64,000 nucleotides of DNA, taken from positions 55,235-119,234 of the forward strand of contig CADBBT010000004.1 in NCBI GenBank assembly GCA_902792985.1, read 5' to 3'. Source of the DNA: Oscillospiraceae bacterium (GTDB lineage Bacteria > Bacillota > Clostridia > Oscillospirales > Acutalibacteraceae). Of the stretch, positions 9,501-15,805 are shown in pieces (the first letter of the stretch is position 1; each line of letters begins with the position of its first letter). The notes beneath the pieces are model-generated. The model did not search any database and was not told the DNA's origin. It saw nothing but the letters and a program-made list of their open reading frames with translations. The position numbers and the translations under genes were made by a program.

Positions 9501-9758
9501 TTGCTCGATCGCAAGATCCTTGTACTTGATAATGTCGTTGAGGCTGGTGATGGTGGTCAGACCTGCAACCGGATACTGGGTCACAAAGTCATTGAATTGC
9601 TGTGCAATCTCGTTTTCCTGAATCTTGCTGTCGATCCAGTCGAGTGCGGCTGTTGCGGTGGGTTCAGTTTGAGCCGCAGTGGGTGCTGCAGATGCCAGAG
9701 GGATCATGCAGGTCATCAGCATGAGAACTGATAACAGTACGGATAAGAACTTTTTCAT
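6597..9758 (-). CDS. large secreted protein of unknown function (1053 aa) with a C-terminal Cys/His module and a Phe-rich amphipathic tail
   Basis: Signal peptide MKKFLSVLLSVLMLMTCMIPLASA|AP and SD AAGGAGG. The long Asp/Asn/Ala-rich body has no domain I recognise. A C..C/CxxC/H module sits near the end, and the terminal sequence is NFFQRIINSIRNIFANIRNFFARLFGR. Confidence 0.8.
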   Translation of the reverse strand: MKKFLSVLLSVLMLMTCMIPLASAAPTAAQTEPTATAALDWIDSKIQENEIAQQFNDFVTQYPVAGLTTITSLNDIIKYKDLAIEQGVLDTIGGDFKNLTAWDKIVDRNKNGDIGFINGMIDFMAANKEVFGKVFSWTPDGEPFDYGKIGEFIESDEYTNETVKSFYNDYLKNGFDIQDKFTAEIAREMGYTIPAGETFDDTLNNGIHGSGIGTLLRDLLKTDASKTAFDAFSTKDASTDVYAIIKAYIGLLQNDYKADLDTMGQAIVDAIAPALGEAKNALKDIEMPVLSIGYTGKNPYAEYTPTSTNLDDYMPTIYANDQAKDTMDQYANTEIEVLKNSEMTAADAALVNTASEAWGKDVIIDVSGIDGVISDTDLAGLLPLRIVLDDVEKAVLQTLQNNVNGQGANISGVAFNISDATATFSYKAYKDDDSFAVQAKVESATAKVNITSPIAATVTTDLLNPDATTVDLGGMYSMFNDIVKNAAVSAIKTAIGDMFKDPAFVTVVVNNLSGNSDIDLDSVKTLLGYVKDDVVYDADLFNFIKYYDTYKGAVGQANRVLYDAASMILSPEGIAYVGLQQGGNDKLDANVTAIRTKAAELLDGARDAINTLKSNPDLAEYIPAGIDLDTIDFGMLDQLDLSSNEALYVSLIKEADQYIPAEMDEIKDLIAIVKNEATLDDMLVALINEYAPKFELPEGIAYTFTAIPKGGNAEDNIMKEATKAIFAGAEWAVGVANDAVSKISTELGLGEAQFALNVSYNANNWRASLEALVDRFISLTDGLFISPITGNGLYGKLGDILYKALPMDSMFSNVKSGADVAKIPGYIFGDALNGNFANVLSLAETKEDAVAGGVSINKALINASERIVKAFFPTTVSAASYNDYDGVQEYFTGAENDPKIAARNMQDIADRKADLVPCGLNLLKESGVLVDVCAHAKKTETVITASTCKTAGTAAVVCAACGKAFENKALPLDANNHEGPIVDAGNAKAATVDAEGYTGDKVCQACGATVQTGSAIAKLPEPAQSTNFFQRIINSIRNIFANIRNFFARLFGR

Positions 9759-9846
9759 AACAAATCCTCCTTATGAATTCTTGCCGCATTTTGGAGCGGC
9801 TTCCAATGTGTTTTTGGTTGACGCCTCATGTTCATCAACTATCTAC

Positions 9847-9875
9847 ATTTTATAACCCGCACCTTCGGTTCTCAA
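9847..9875 (-). promoter_or_regulatory. candidate promoter of the 1053-aa protein gene
   Basis: Minus strand TTGAGA, 17 nt, then TAAAAT, about 90 nt upstream of the ATG. Confidence 0.45.
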
Positions 9876-10045
9876 GCAACAAAAAACAGCGGAATGTCTA
9901 TCGAGACGGTTTTTATAGTGCATTGTGTCCAGTTGATTTTGTATCATTCACTTTGTTTTTGTGAAATTAATAAAAAATTAATAAAATCTTAATAGGCGTT
10001 ACAGCAACGCCAAAAGTGAGCCGCGACTCACCGAAAACAGAAGAA

Positions 10046-10079
10046 CCGCCGCATCTGCAGAAAAGCGACAGATGCGGCG
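10046..10079 (-). terminator. hairpin terminator downstream of the Fe-ADH gene
   Basis: CCGCCGCATCTG ... CAGATGCGGCG, an 11-bp stem with T-rich flanks on both strands. Confidence 0.55.
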
Positions 10080-10097
10080 ATTGTATTTTTTGTTCAA

Positions 10098-11192
10098 TTA
10101 TTTCAGCGCTTCGAACATGGTTTTCAGTTCCTGCGCACTGAATTGTTTTGGATTGTTGCGCATGAGCATATGCGCTTCGCTTTCGCTTGCCAGCCGGTCA
10201 AGGTCAAGTTCTCCTTCGCACTGCGAAAACCTTGTGCGCAGCCCGCCGATGGTTTTCAGCCGTGCGATTTCGTCCGCCAACGTGTCGCAGCTTGCAAAAC
10301 CGAGCGACTGCGCCAGCGCTTCCAGGCGGCTGTCGGCGTTCATGCGGATGAAGCTGTCAAGGGTGAACGCGCATGCTTCGCCGTGCGGCAGATGGTGATA
10401 CATCGAAAGCGGATAGCTGCACGCGTGGCAGCCGGCGGTTTTTGCAACGGAAAACGCGAGTCCTGCAAGCAGGGAGCCATAGGCCATGCCGGTGCGTGCA
10501 TCCCTGTCGCCGGTGCGATAGGCGTTCTCAAGGTTTGCAAGAATAACGCGCAGCGCTTCTTTTGCGAACAGATCGCTCACCGCGCCGTGGCGCACGCTCC
10601 AAAACGCTTCAATGGCGTGTGTGAACGCGTCAAGGCCGGTGATCATCGTGGTGAACGGGGGAACGGTCATGGTCAGTTCCGGGTCCACGATGCAAACGTC
10701 GGGGTAAAAGCTCGGGTGGTGAGTCGTTTTTTTCTCATTGCCGCGGCTGATCACAGAAACGCCCGTGACCTCCGCGCCGGTGCCCGCCGTTGTGGGAACA
10801 GCAAAGATTTTTGCGCCTTTGCCGGGGAACGGTGCACCTTCAAAATGCGCGGCAGGGGAGTGTTCGCTTTTTGCGCAGGCAGCGGCGTATTTCGCCGTGT
10901 CCATCGCGCTGCCGCCGCCGAGCGCGAGCACTGCGTCTGCGCCGTGCTTTTTCAGCAGCTGTACCGTCGCTTCCACGCCGGAAAGCTGCGGGTTCGGTTC
11001 CACATCGTCAAACACCGCGCAGATCTGTGCGGTCGTTTCCAGCAGCTCGGCGCCTTTTTTTGCAAAAAAGCGGTCGCAAACCAGCACGCATTTTTGCACG
11101 CCGTGGCTTTCCAGCAGTTCCGGCAGTTCATTTAGCTTGCCGAAACCGAAAACGATCTCGGTCGGCAGGCTGTAGGTGAAGGCGTCAATCAT
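10098..11192 (-). CDS. iron-containing alcohol dehydrogenase family oxidoreductase
   Basis: GGGSAMDTAK and PTTAGTGAEVT motifs plus conserved His residues (HAIEAF, HLPHGEA). Confidence 0.8.
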   Translation of the reverse strand: MIDAFTYSLPTEIVFGFGKLNELPELLESHGVQKCVLVCDRFFAKKGAELLETTAQICAVFDDVEPNPQLSGVEATVQLLKKHGADAVLALGGGSAMDTAKYAAACAKSEHSPAAHFEGAPFPGKGAKIFAVPTTAGTGAEVTGVSVISRGNEKKTTHHPSFYPDVCIVDPELTMTVPPFTTMITGLDAFTHAIEAFWSVRHGAVSDLFAKEALRVILANLENAYRTGDRDARTGMAYGSLLAGLAFSVAKTAGCHACSYPLSMYHHLPHGEACAFTLDSFIRMNADSRLEALAQSLGFASCDTLADEIARLKTIGGLRTRFSQCEGELDLDRLASESEAHMLMRNNPKQFSAQELKTMFEALK

Positions 11193-11658
11193 AGATCTTA
11201 TCCTCCAACTGCTGCACTTCGCGCTTTGCGTTTGTCAGCCATTCCTTGCGCCATTCTTCAAGATCCTGCAGAAAGTCGGTGTTCAAAAACGCCTTGGTCA
11301 TCTCAATGCCCATTTCGGGTGCGATCAGCCAGCCGCCCATGCAAAGGATGTTTGCGTCGTTGATCGCGCGGCACATCTTCGCGCTGTAAACGCTTTCGCA
11401 CGCCACGGCGTAGATGCCCTTGTGCTTGTTGGCAACGATGCTCACGCCCGCGCCGGTGCCGCAGATGAGGATGGCGCGGTCATAGGTGCCGTTCTGTACC
11501 AGCGGCGCCACGGTGGACGCCACAACATAATAGGGCTTCACATGGTCGAGATCGGTGGTGCCCAGATCGTCGAACGCGATGTTTTCACTTTGCAGATATG
11601 CTTTGATGGCTTCCTTGAGCGGAAAGCCGGATTTGTCACTGCCGATGGCAAGTTTCAT
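11185..11658 (-). CDS. rpiB: RpiB/LacA/LacB family sugar-phosphate isomerase
   Basis: MKLAIGSDKSGFPLK...ILICGTGAGVSIVANK. GGGAGGA SD lies before the ATG at 11658. The 3' end overlaps the ADH start by 8 nt, indicating an operon. Confidence 0.8.
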   Translation of the reverse strand: MKLAIGSDKSGFPLKEAIKAYLQSENIAFDDLGTTDLDHVKPYYVVASTVAPLVQNGTYDRAILICGTGAGVSIVANKHKGIYAVACESVYSAKMCRAINDANILCMGGWLIAPEMGIEMTKAFLNTDFLQDLEEWRKEWLTNAKREVQQLEDKIYD

Positions 11659-11846
11659 AAGGAGTCCTCCCATTTTAAATAGTATGCTCCCAGTGTATCA
11701 CGCCGGATGGTTTCTGTCAAGCAAAAAACTTTGCGCTATTTGAAAAATAAACCGTAAATAAATTGTAAATCCTATTCACAAACGCGAAAGAATGTGTTAA
11801 AATACAAATGAATATGCGTATATAAATGTATATGGAGGTGGCGCAG

Positions 11847-12812
11847 TTGTTTGAGCGCTTGGTCAGCATTGATCGGATGGAGACAGCGGTATCGCTGTTC
11901 GGCGCGTTCGACGAAAACATCAAGCTCATTGAGCAGGCGTTCGATGTCAAGATCATCAGCCGCGGCACCGATTTGAAGATTCAGGGCACCGAGGAAACGG
12001 CCGACCTTGCCGCGCGTGCGATCCACGGGCTGCTGACCTTGCTTGCCAAAGGGGAAACGCTCGGCGAGCAGAATGTGCGCTATGTGATCTCGCTGGTGCG
12101 CGAAGGCGCGGACGACAAACTTTCCGCCATGGGCGGCGATATTGTCTGTGTCACCGCAAAGGGCAAGCCGGTCAAAGCAAAAACGCTCGGGCAAAAGCGC
12201 TATCTCGACGCGATCCGGAACAACACGATCGTGCTCGGCGTCGGCCCCGCCGGCACCGGCAAGACCTATCTTGCCGTGGCGATGGCAGTGGCGGCGTTCC
12301 GCGCAAAGGAAGTGGACCGCATCATCCTCACGCGCCCCGCGGTGGAAGCCGGAGAAAAGCTCGGCTTTTTGCCCGGCGATCTGCAGCAGAAGGTCGATCC
12401 GTATCTGCGTCCGCTGTATGACGCGCTGTTTGAAATGCTCGGTCCCGAAACGTTTCAGCGCTTTCAGGAGCGCGGAGCAATCGAGGTCGCGCCGCTGGCA
12501 TATATGCGCGGCCGCACGCTCGACGACAGCTTCATCATTCTGGATGAAGCGCAGAACACCACGCGCGAGCAGATGAAAATGTTTTTGACCCGTCTGGGGT
12601 TCAATTCAAAAATCGTTGTCACGGGCGACGTGACACAGATCGATCTGCCGGACGGCAAAACGTCCGGTCTGCTCGAGGTCGTCAAGATTTTGAAAAACGT
12701 GGATGATATTGCGATCATCCGCTTTTCGGAAAAAGACGTGGTGCGCCACCGTCTGGTGCAGGATATCATTAAAGCATATGAAAAATATGAGGAGGCACGC
12801 AAGAAAAAATGA
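11847..12812 (+). CDS. phoH: PhoH-family ATPase
   Basis: Walker A GPAGTGKTYLAVA and the ILDEAQN motif. TTG at 11847 lies 8 nt after GGAGGTG; the alternative ATG at 11826 has no SD. Confidence 0.88.
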   Translation: MFERLVSIDRMETAVSLFGAFDENIKLIEQAFDVKIISRGTDLKIQGTEETADLAARAIHGLLTLLAKGETLGEQNVRYVISLVREGADDKLSAMGGDIVCVTAKGKPVKAKTLGQKRYLDAIRNNTIVLGVGPAGTGKTYLAVAMAVAAFRAKEVDRIILTRPAVEAGEKLGFLPGDLQQKVDPYLRPLYDALFEMLGPETFQRFQERGAIEVAPLAYMRGRTLDDSFIILDEAQNTTREQMKMFLTRLGFNSKIVVTGDVTQIDLPDGKTSGLLEVVKILKNVDDIAIIRFSEKDVVRHRLVQDIIKAYEKYEEARKKK

Positions 12813-13315
12813 AAGACAAGGTGAAAGTGATCATCAGCGACGATCAGAATGTTGAAAAGCTGCCGCGCGGCACGAGAATGCTCATTCGCCGCTGCTGCAA
12901 CGCCGTGCTTGTGAATGAGGGGTTTCAGGGGCCGGCAGAGATCAGCGTCACCATTGTGGACGACGCGACCATCCACCGCTATAACAAGCAATACCGCAAC
13001 ATTGACCGTTCCACCGACGTGCTCTCGTTTCCGCTCGGCGTGGACGGCAAATATGACATCAACAACGACACCGGCGCGCAGATGCTCGGCGATATCGTGA
13101 TCTCCATTGAACACGCGCTGCGGCAGGCGGAGCTTTACGGCCATTCGTTCAACCGCGAAATCGCCTATTTGACCGTGCATTCCATGCTGCATCTGCTGGG
13201 CTATGACCACGAACCCGGCGGGCTGGAGCTGGTGCGTATGCGCGAAAAGGAAGAAGCTGTGCTCACCCAGCTCGGTCTGGTGCGCTCCGGCAGCTACTAC
13301 ACCACGGAAAGCTGA
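12809..13315 (+). CDS. ybeY: rRNA maturation endoribonuclease YbeY
   Basis: HSMLHLLGYDH zinc motif. The start overlaps the phoH stop by 4 nt. Confidence 0.9.
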   Translation: MKDKVKVIISDDQNVEKLPRGTRMLIRRCCNAVLVNEGFQGPAEISVTIVDDATIHRYNKQYRNIDRSTDVLSFPLGVDGKYDINNDTGAQMLGDIVISIEHALRQAELYGHSFNREIAYLTVHSMLHLLGYDHEPGGLELVRMREKEEAVLTQLGLVRSGSYYTTES

Positions 13316-13318
13316 CCT

Positions 13319-13795
13319 ATGGAACGATTGAAAAAGCTCTTTCTCGGCTTCTTTTATGCCTTTCGGGGCGTCGGCGCGTCCATCCGGACGGAGCGCAATT
13401 TGCGCATCCATCTGACCTGCCTTGCGTATATGCTCGGCTTTCTGCTTTGCACCGACTGGTTCGTGCTTTCGCGTGCGGACTGGGCGCTGTTGATGCTGGC
13501 GGCGGGGTCCGTGCTTGCGGCGGAGCTGTTCAACACAGCGCTTGAGCACACGGTCGACCTTGCGACGAAAGAATATGCCGAGCACGCAAAAAAAGCAAAA
13601 GACGCCGCTGCGGGCGCCGTGCTGGTGTGCGCAATTTTTGCGGTGATCGTCGGGCTATGCATCCTGTTGCAGCCCGAAGCGTTCCGGCAGATGTTCGCAT
13701 ATTTCAAAACCCACCTCGGTTCGCTGGCGCTGTTTGTGCTGAGCCTCGTTCCGGCGAATCTGTTCATCTTCCTTCCTTGGCAGAAGAAGGAGTGA
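13319..13795 (+). CDS. dgkA: diacylglycerol/undecaprenol kinase
   Basis: FRGV..RTERN.RIH, ELFNTALE and AKDAAAGAVL motifs with three TM segments. Confidence 0.88.
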   Translation: MERLKKLFLGFFYAFRGVGASIRTERNLRIHLTCLAYMLGFLLCTDWFVLSRADWALLMLAAGSVLAAELFNTALEHTVDLATKEYAEHAKKAKDAAAGAVLVCAIFAVIVGLCILLQPEAFRQMFAYFKTHLGSLALFVLSLVPANLFIFLPWQKKE

Positions 13796-13834
13796 CAGGG
13801 GACAGGTGGCAGGGAACAGGGGACAGTAGGGGCG
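13794..13834 (+). repeat. G-rich heptamer tandem repeat (GACAGGG-like, about 5 units) in the dgkA 3' UTR
   Basis: GACAGGG GACAGGT GGCAGGG AACAGGG GACAGTA GGGG begins at the dgkA stop codon. Confidence 0.7.
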
Positions 13835-13847
13835 GCCATTGTCGCAG

Positions 13848-13874
13848 AAAAAAAGCTCTGGTGGAGCTTTTTTT
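13848..13874 (+). terminator. intrinsic terminator of the phoH-ybeY-dgkA operon
   Basis: AAAAAAAGCTC TGGTG GAGCTTTTTTT. Confidence 0.75.
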
Positions 13875-13942
13875 CGTTGCGATTCCATTTTTATCGCGGC
13901 AGCGACAAAGCACTTTAAAGACGTCCGGTTTTGTTGAATTGC

Positions 13943-13971
13943 TTGATTTTTCAGGAGAAATATGGTAGAGT
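13943..13971 (+). promoter_or_regulatory. promoter of the small-peptide mRNA
   Basis: TTGATT, 17 nt (containing TATGG), then TAGAGT. Near-identical to the promoters at 14284 and 59547 (minus). Confidence 0.55.
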
Positions 13972-14056
13972 AAAAACCGCAGAGAGGTCTGCAAGAAACG
14001 GTAGGCGGTTCGCTCTCCCAAACACGGAAGGAAACTTCCGCCCGGGAGGTGGTAGC

Positions 14057-14125
14057 ATGGAACTGGCATTTGTTGTGCTGATTCTGATCGCAGCCACGGG
14101 TTACATCGTAGCTATTAAGAAGTAA
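14057..14125 (+). CDS. 22-aa hydrophobic peptide, candidate type I toxin
   Basis: GGGAGGTGG SD lies 5 nt before the ATG. Product MELAFVVLILIAATGYIVAIKK is a single TM-like helix with a KK tail. The gene is convergent with an antisense RNA gene that overlaps its 3' UTR. Confidence 0.45.
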   Translation: MELAFVVLILIAATGYIVAIKK

Positions 14126-14127
14126 TT

Positions 14128-14220
14128 CAGAAAAGCGATAACCGCCCCAGACTCGACAAAGGGACGGTTATCATTAACCAATTCTTTAGAGAGCGACCGC
14201 TGAACCGCGACCTCTCTGTA
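14128..14220 (-). ncRNA. candidate antisense (antitoxin-like) RNA, about 90 nt
   Basis: It starts about 7 nt downstream of a perfect TTGACA-17-TATAAT promoter. It ends at the hairpin GATAACCGTCCC/GGGGCGGTTATC followed by GCTTTTCT on the minus strand, and is fully complementary to the peptide mRNA 3' UTR. Confidence 0.5.
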
Positions 14221-14225
14221 TCTTT

Positions 14226-14254
14226 ATTATAGCCGTGCGCAGCGCTTTTGTCAA
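14226..14254 (-). promoter_or_regulatory. perfect consensus sigma-A promoter driving the antisense RNA
   Basis: Minus strand TTGACA AAAGCGCTGCGCACGGC TATAAT with an exact 17-nt spacer. Confidence 0.7.
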
Positions 14255-14283
14255 GCATTGCGGCGGTTTATTTTTTTATAGGG

Positions 14284-14312
14284 TTGATTTTTCGGGGAAG
14301 ATGTGGTAGAGT
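14284..14312 (+). promoter_or_regulatory. promoter of the hairpin leader and Sel1-like gene
   Basis: TTGATT TTTCGGGGAAGATGTGG TAGAGT. Confidence 0.55.
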
Positions 14313-14318
14313 AAAGGT

Positions 14319-14514
14319 GCCAAACAAAAACCAAGCAAGCGACATGTGTTGCAGGCTTCACATACATTAAATGAAACCGAAAGGTGCACTTTATAAAAAG
14401 GTGCATCCTGTCCTTCCTTTCGAGTTTCATTTATTGGAGCCGTTGGTTGGTTTTTGTTTGGCGACAAGATAGGATTGCACTTTTTTATGCGTCCATCTTG
14501 GGCGCATTTTTTTA
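14319..14514 (+). promoter_or_regulatory. structured 5' leader: 144-nt hairpin plus intrinsic terminator (unassigned class)
   Basis: GCCAAACAAAAACCAAGCAA (14319-14338) pairs with TTGGTTGGTTTTTGTTTGGC (14443-14462) at 19 of 20 positions. An inner stem pairs ATGAAACCGAAAGG with CCTTTCGAGTTTCAT. ATGCGTCC ATCTT GGGCGCAT plus T7 (14487-14514) lies immediately before the SD AAGGTGG. Confidence 0.5.
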
Positions 14515-14535
14515 TTATATAAGGTGGACAATAAA

Positions 14536-15201
14536 ATGCTGGAAGAGTTGATTCAGGAATACCTGCATAAGCCTGTGGAAAACCTGTTTGACATGCTGGA
14601 GGAAAGAAAATTTTCGGAGAAAAGTATTCTACCGCTTTTGCTGCTGGGACGTGCCTATCAGCTCGGCGTTTCCGGTGCACCGAAAGATGATCTGTCTGCA
14701 TATTTTTTCTTCCAAGCGGCAAGTGAATGGGGATGTGAAGAAGCGGATGACCTGATAGATTTGACGGTTTTTAACGGGTTGCACATAGAAACTCTTTTTG
14801 CGCGGCTGGAAGAGGAACCGCACACGTTTTTAAAGGGTTGTCTGTTGTTTGAAATCGGGTATATGTACCAGTTCACGAAGCTGAATGAGCGAATGACGCC
14901 AAAAATGGATCAGGAGGAACGAAACCTCATTGCCTTGAAGTATTATAAGCAAGCGGCAGCGTATGGAAACCTGGATGGAATGATTCAAATGAATGCGCTG
15001 CTGATGATGCAGGAGTTTCAAAACCAACCGGACCCGTCACAGCGCGTCTCCTTGAGCTTGATGAATCTTTGTAATCTTTGCTGTCGCAGTCACTATCCAC
15101 CTGTGCAGATGTTTTTGGACGAACTGATTTCCAAGCATGTGATTATATTTGACGGCGTGAAAGAATCACAGGATTTGGTGAATTTGTTGATTGGAGAATG
15201 A
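14536..15201 (+). CDS. hypothetical protein with Sel1/TPR-like helical repeats
   Basis: 221 aa. AAGGTGG SD lies 8 nt before the ATG at 14536. Segments LGRAYQLGVSGAPKDDLSAYFFFQAASEWG and ALKYYKQAAAYGNLDGMIQMNALL look like Sel1 repeats. The gene is AT-richer than its flanks. Confidence 0.5.
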   Translation: MLEELIQEYLHKPVENLFDMLEERKFSEKSILPLLLLGRAYQLGVSGAPKDDLSAYFFFQAASEWGCEEADDLIDLTVFNGLHIETLFARLEEEPHTFLKGCLLFEIGYMYQFTKLNERMTPKMDQEERNLIALKYYKQAAAYGNLDGMIQMNALLMMQEFQNQPDPSQRVSLSLMNLCNLCCRSHYPPVQMFLDELISKHVIIFDGVKESQDLVNLLIGE

Positions 15202-15251
15202 AGCTCTGCACGTTCCGCTTTTTTTATTCCACAAAAAATTCTTCAAACCCC

Positions 15252-15280
15252 TTTACATTTCTGAAAACCTATGCTATAAT
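15252..15280 (+). promoter_or_regulatory. rpsO promoter
   Basis: TTTACA, 17 nt, then TATAAT, leaving a leader of about 90 nt before rpsO. Confidence 0.65.
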
Positions 15281-15373
15281 CTTTCAGCATTGTGCCTTCT
15301 TCTCAGGCTGCGGACTTCACCGACCGCTCCCCGGGGGTTCGGCGAATGAAATATTTTATTGAGGTGAAACATC

Positions 15374-15640
15374 ATGATCACGAAAGAAGAAAAAACCGCA
15401 ATCATCAAAGAGTACGCAACGCATGAGGGCGACACAGGTTCCCCCGAAGTGCAGATCGCCGTTCTCACACACCGCATCAACACGCTCACCGAGCATCTGA
15501 AGATCAACAAAAAGGATCATCACTCCCGCCGCGGTCTGTTGAAAATGGTCGGTCACAGAAGAAACCTGCTGGCTTACCTGCAGAAGAACGACATCGAGCG
15601 CTATCGTTCGATCGTTGCACGTCTTGGCTTGCGTAAATAA
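15374..15640 (+). CDS. rpsO: 30S ribosomal protein S15
   Basis: 88 aa with [31 protein letters not shown]. Confidence 0.95.
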   Translation: MITKEEKTAIIKEYATHEGDTGSPEVQIAVLTHRINTLTEHLKINKKDHHSRRGLLKMVGHRRNLLAYLQKNDIERYRSIVARLGLRK

Positions 15641-15652
15641 GAAGCACACATA

Positions 15653-15685
15653 CAGCAGGCACGGGTTTCCGTGTCTGCTGTTTGC
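15653..15685 (+). terminator. rpsO terminator/attenuator hairpin upstream of pnp
   Basis: CAGCAGGCACGG GTTT CCGTGTCTGCTG followed by TTT. Confidence 0.65.
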
Positions 15686-15805
15686 GTAAAAATTATGAAA
15701 CATGCAGGGCACGGATTAGCACTAAATTGAGCTTTTGAAACATTTCAACGGCTGAATTTACTGCTGTTCCGACCTTGCAAAAAATAAAGAAAGGTTGGTA
15801 CATTT

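Noticed and set aside
6594-9731. 1045-aa ORF on the plus strand
   Set aside because: It is an antisense shadow of the 1053-aa minus-strand gene. It has no SD or signal features and a Gly/Val/Asp-rich composition typical of reverse-frame ORFs in GC-rich DNA. The minus-strand gene has an SD, a signal peptide and sensible composition.
13931-14125. 64-aa version of the small ORF given in the ORF track (TTG start at 13931)
   Set aside because: That start would lie upstream of the predicted -35/-10 of its own promoter and has no SD. The internal ATG at 14057 has a strong SD (GGGAGGTGG), and only the last 22 codons look like a coherent hydrophobic peptide.
13975-14220. Possibility that this structured RNA is a housekeeping ncRNA (6S, SRP or tmRNA)
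   Set aside because: There is no SRP domain IV motif (GGAA...AGCA asymmetric loops), no tmRNA tRNA-like end or tag ORF, and the size and shape do not fit 6S. The embedded SD-ORF and the convergent promoter fit a toxin-type mRNA better.
14319-14462. Long hairpin as a 6S RNA, a retron msr-msd, or a coding small ORF (MKPKGALYKKVHPVLPFEFHLLEPLVGFCLATR)
   Set aside because: 6S-like features (closing stem, central bubble) are only superficial, and the element is followed by a terminator and an SD like a leader. There is no reverse transcriptase gene nearby. The internal ORF has no SD and is not hydrophobic. It is therefore left as an unassigned leader.
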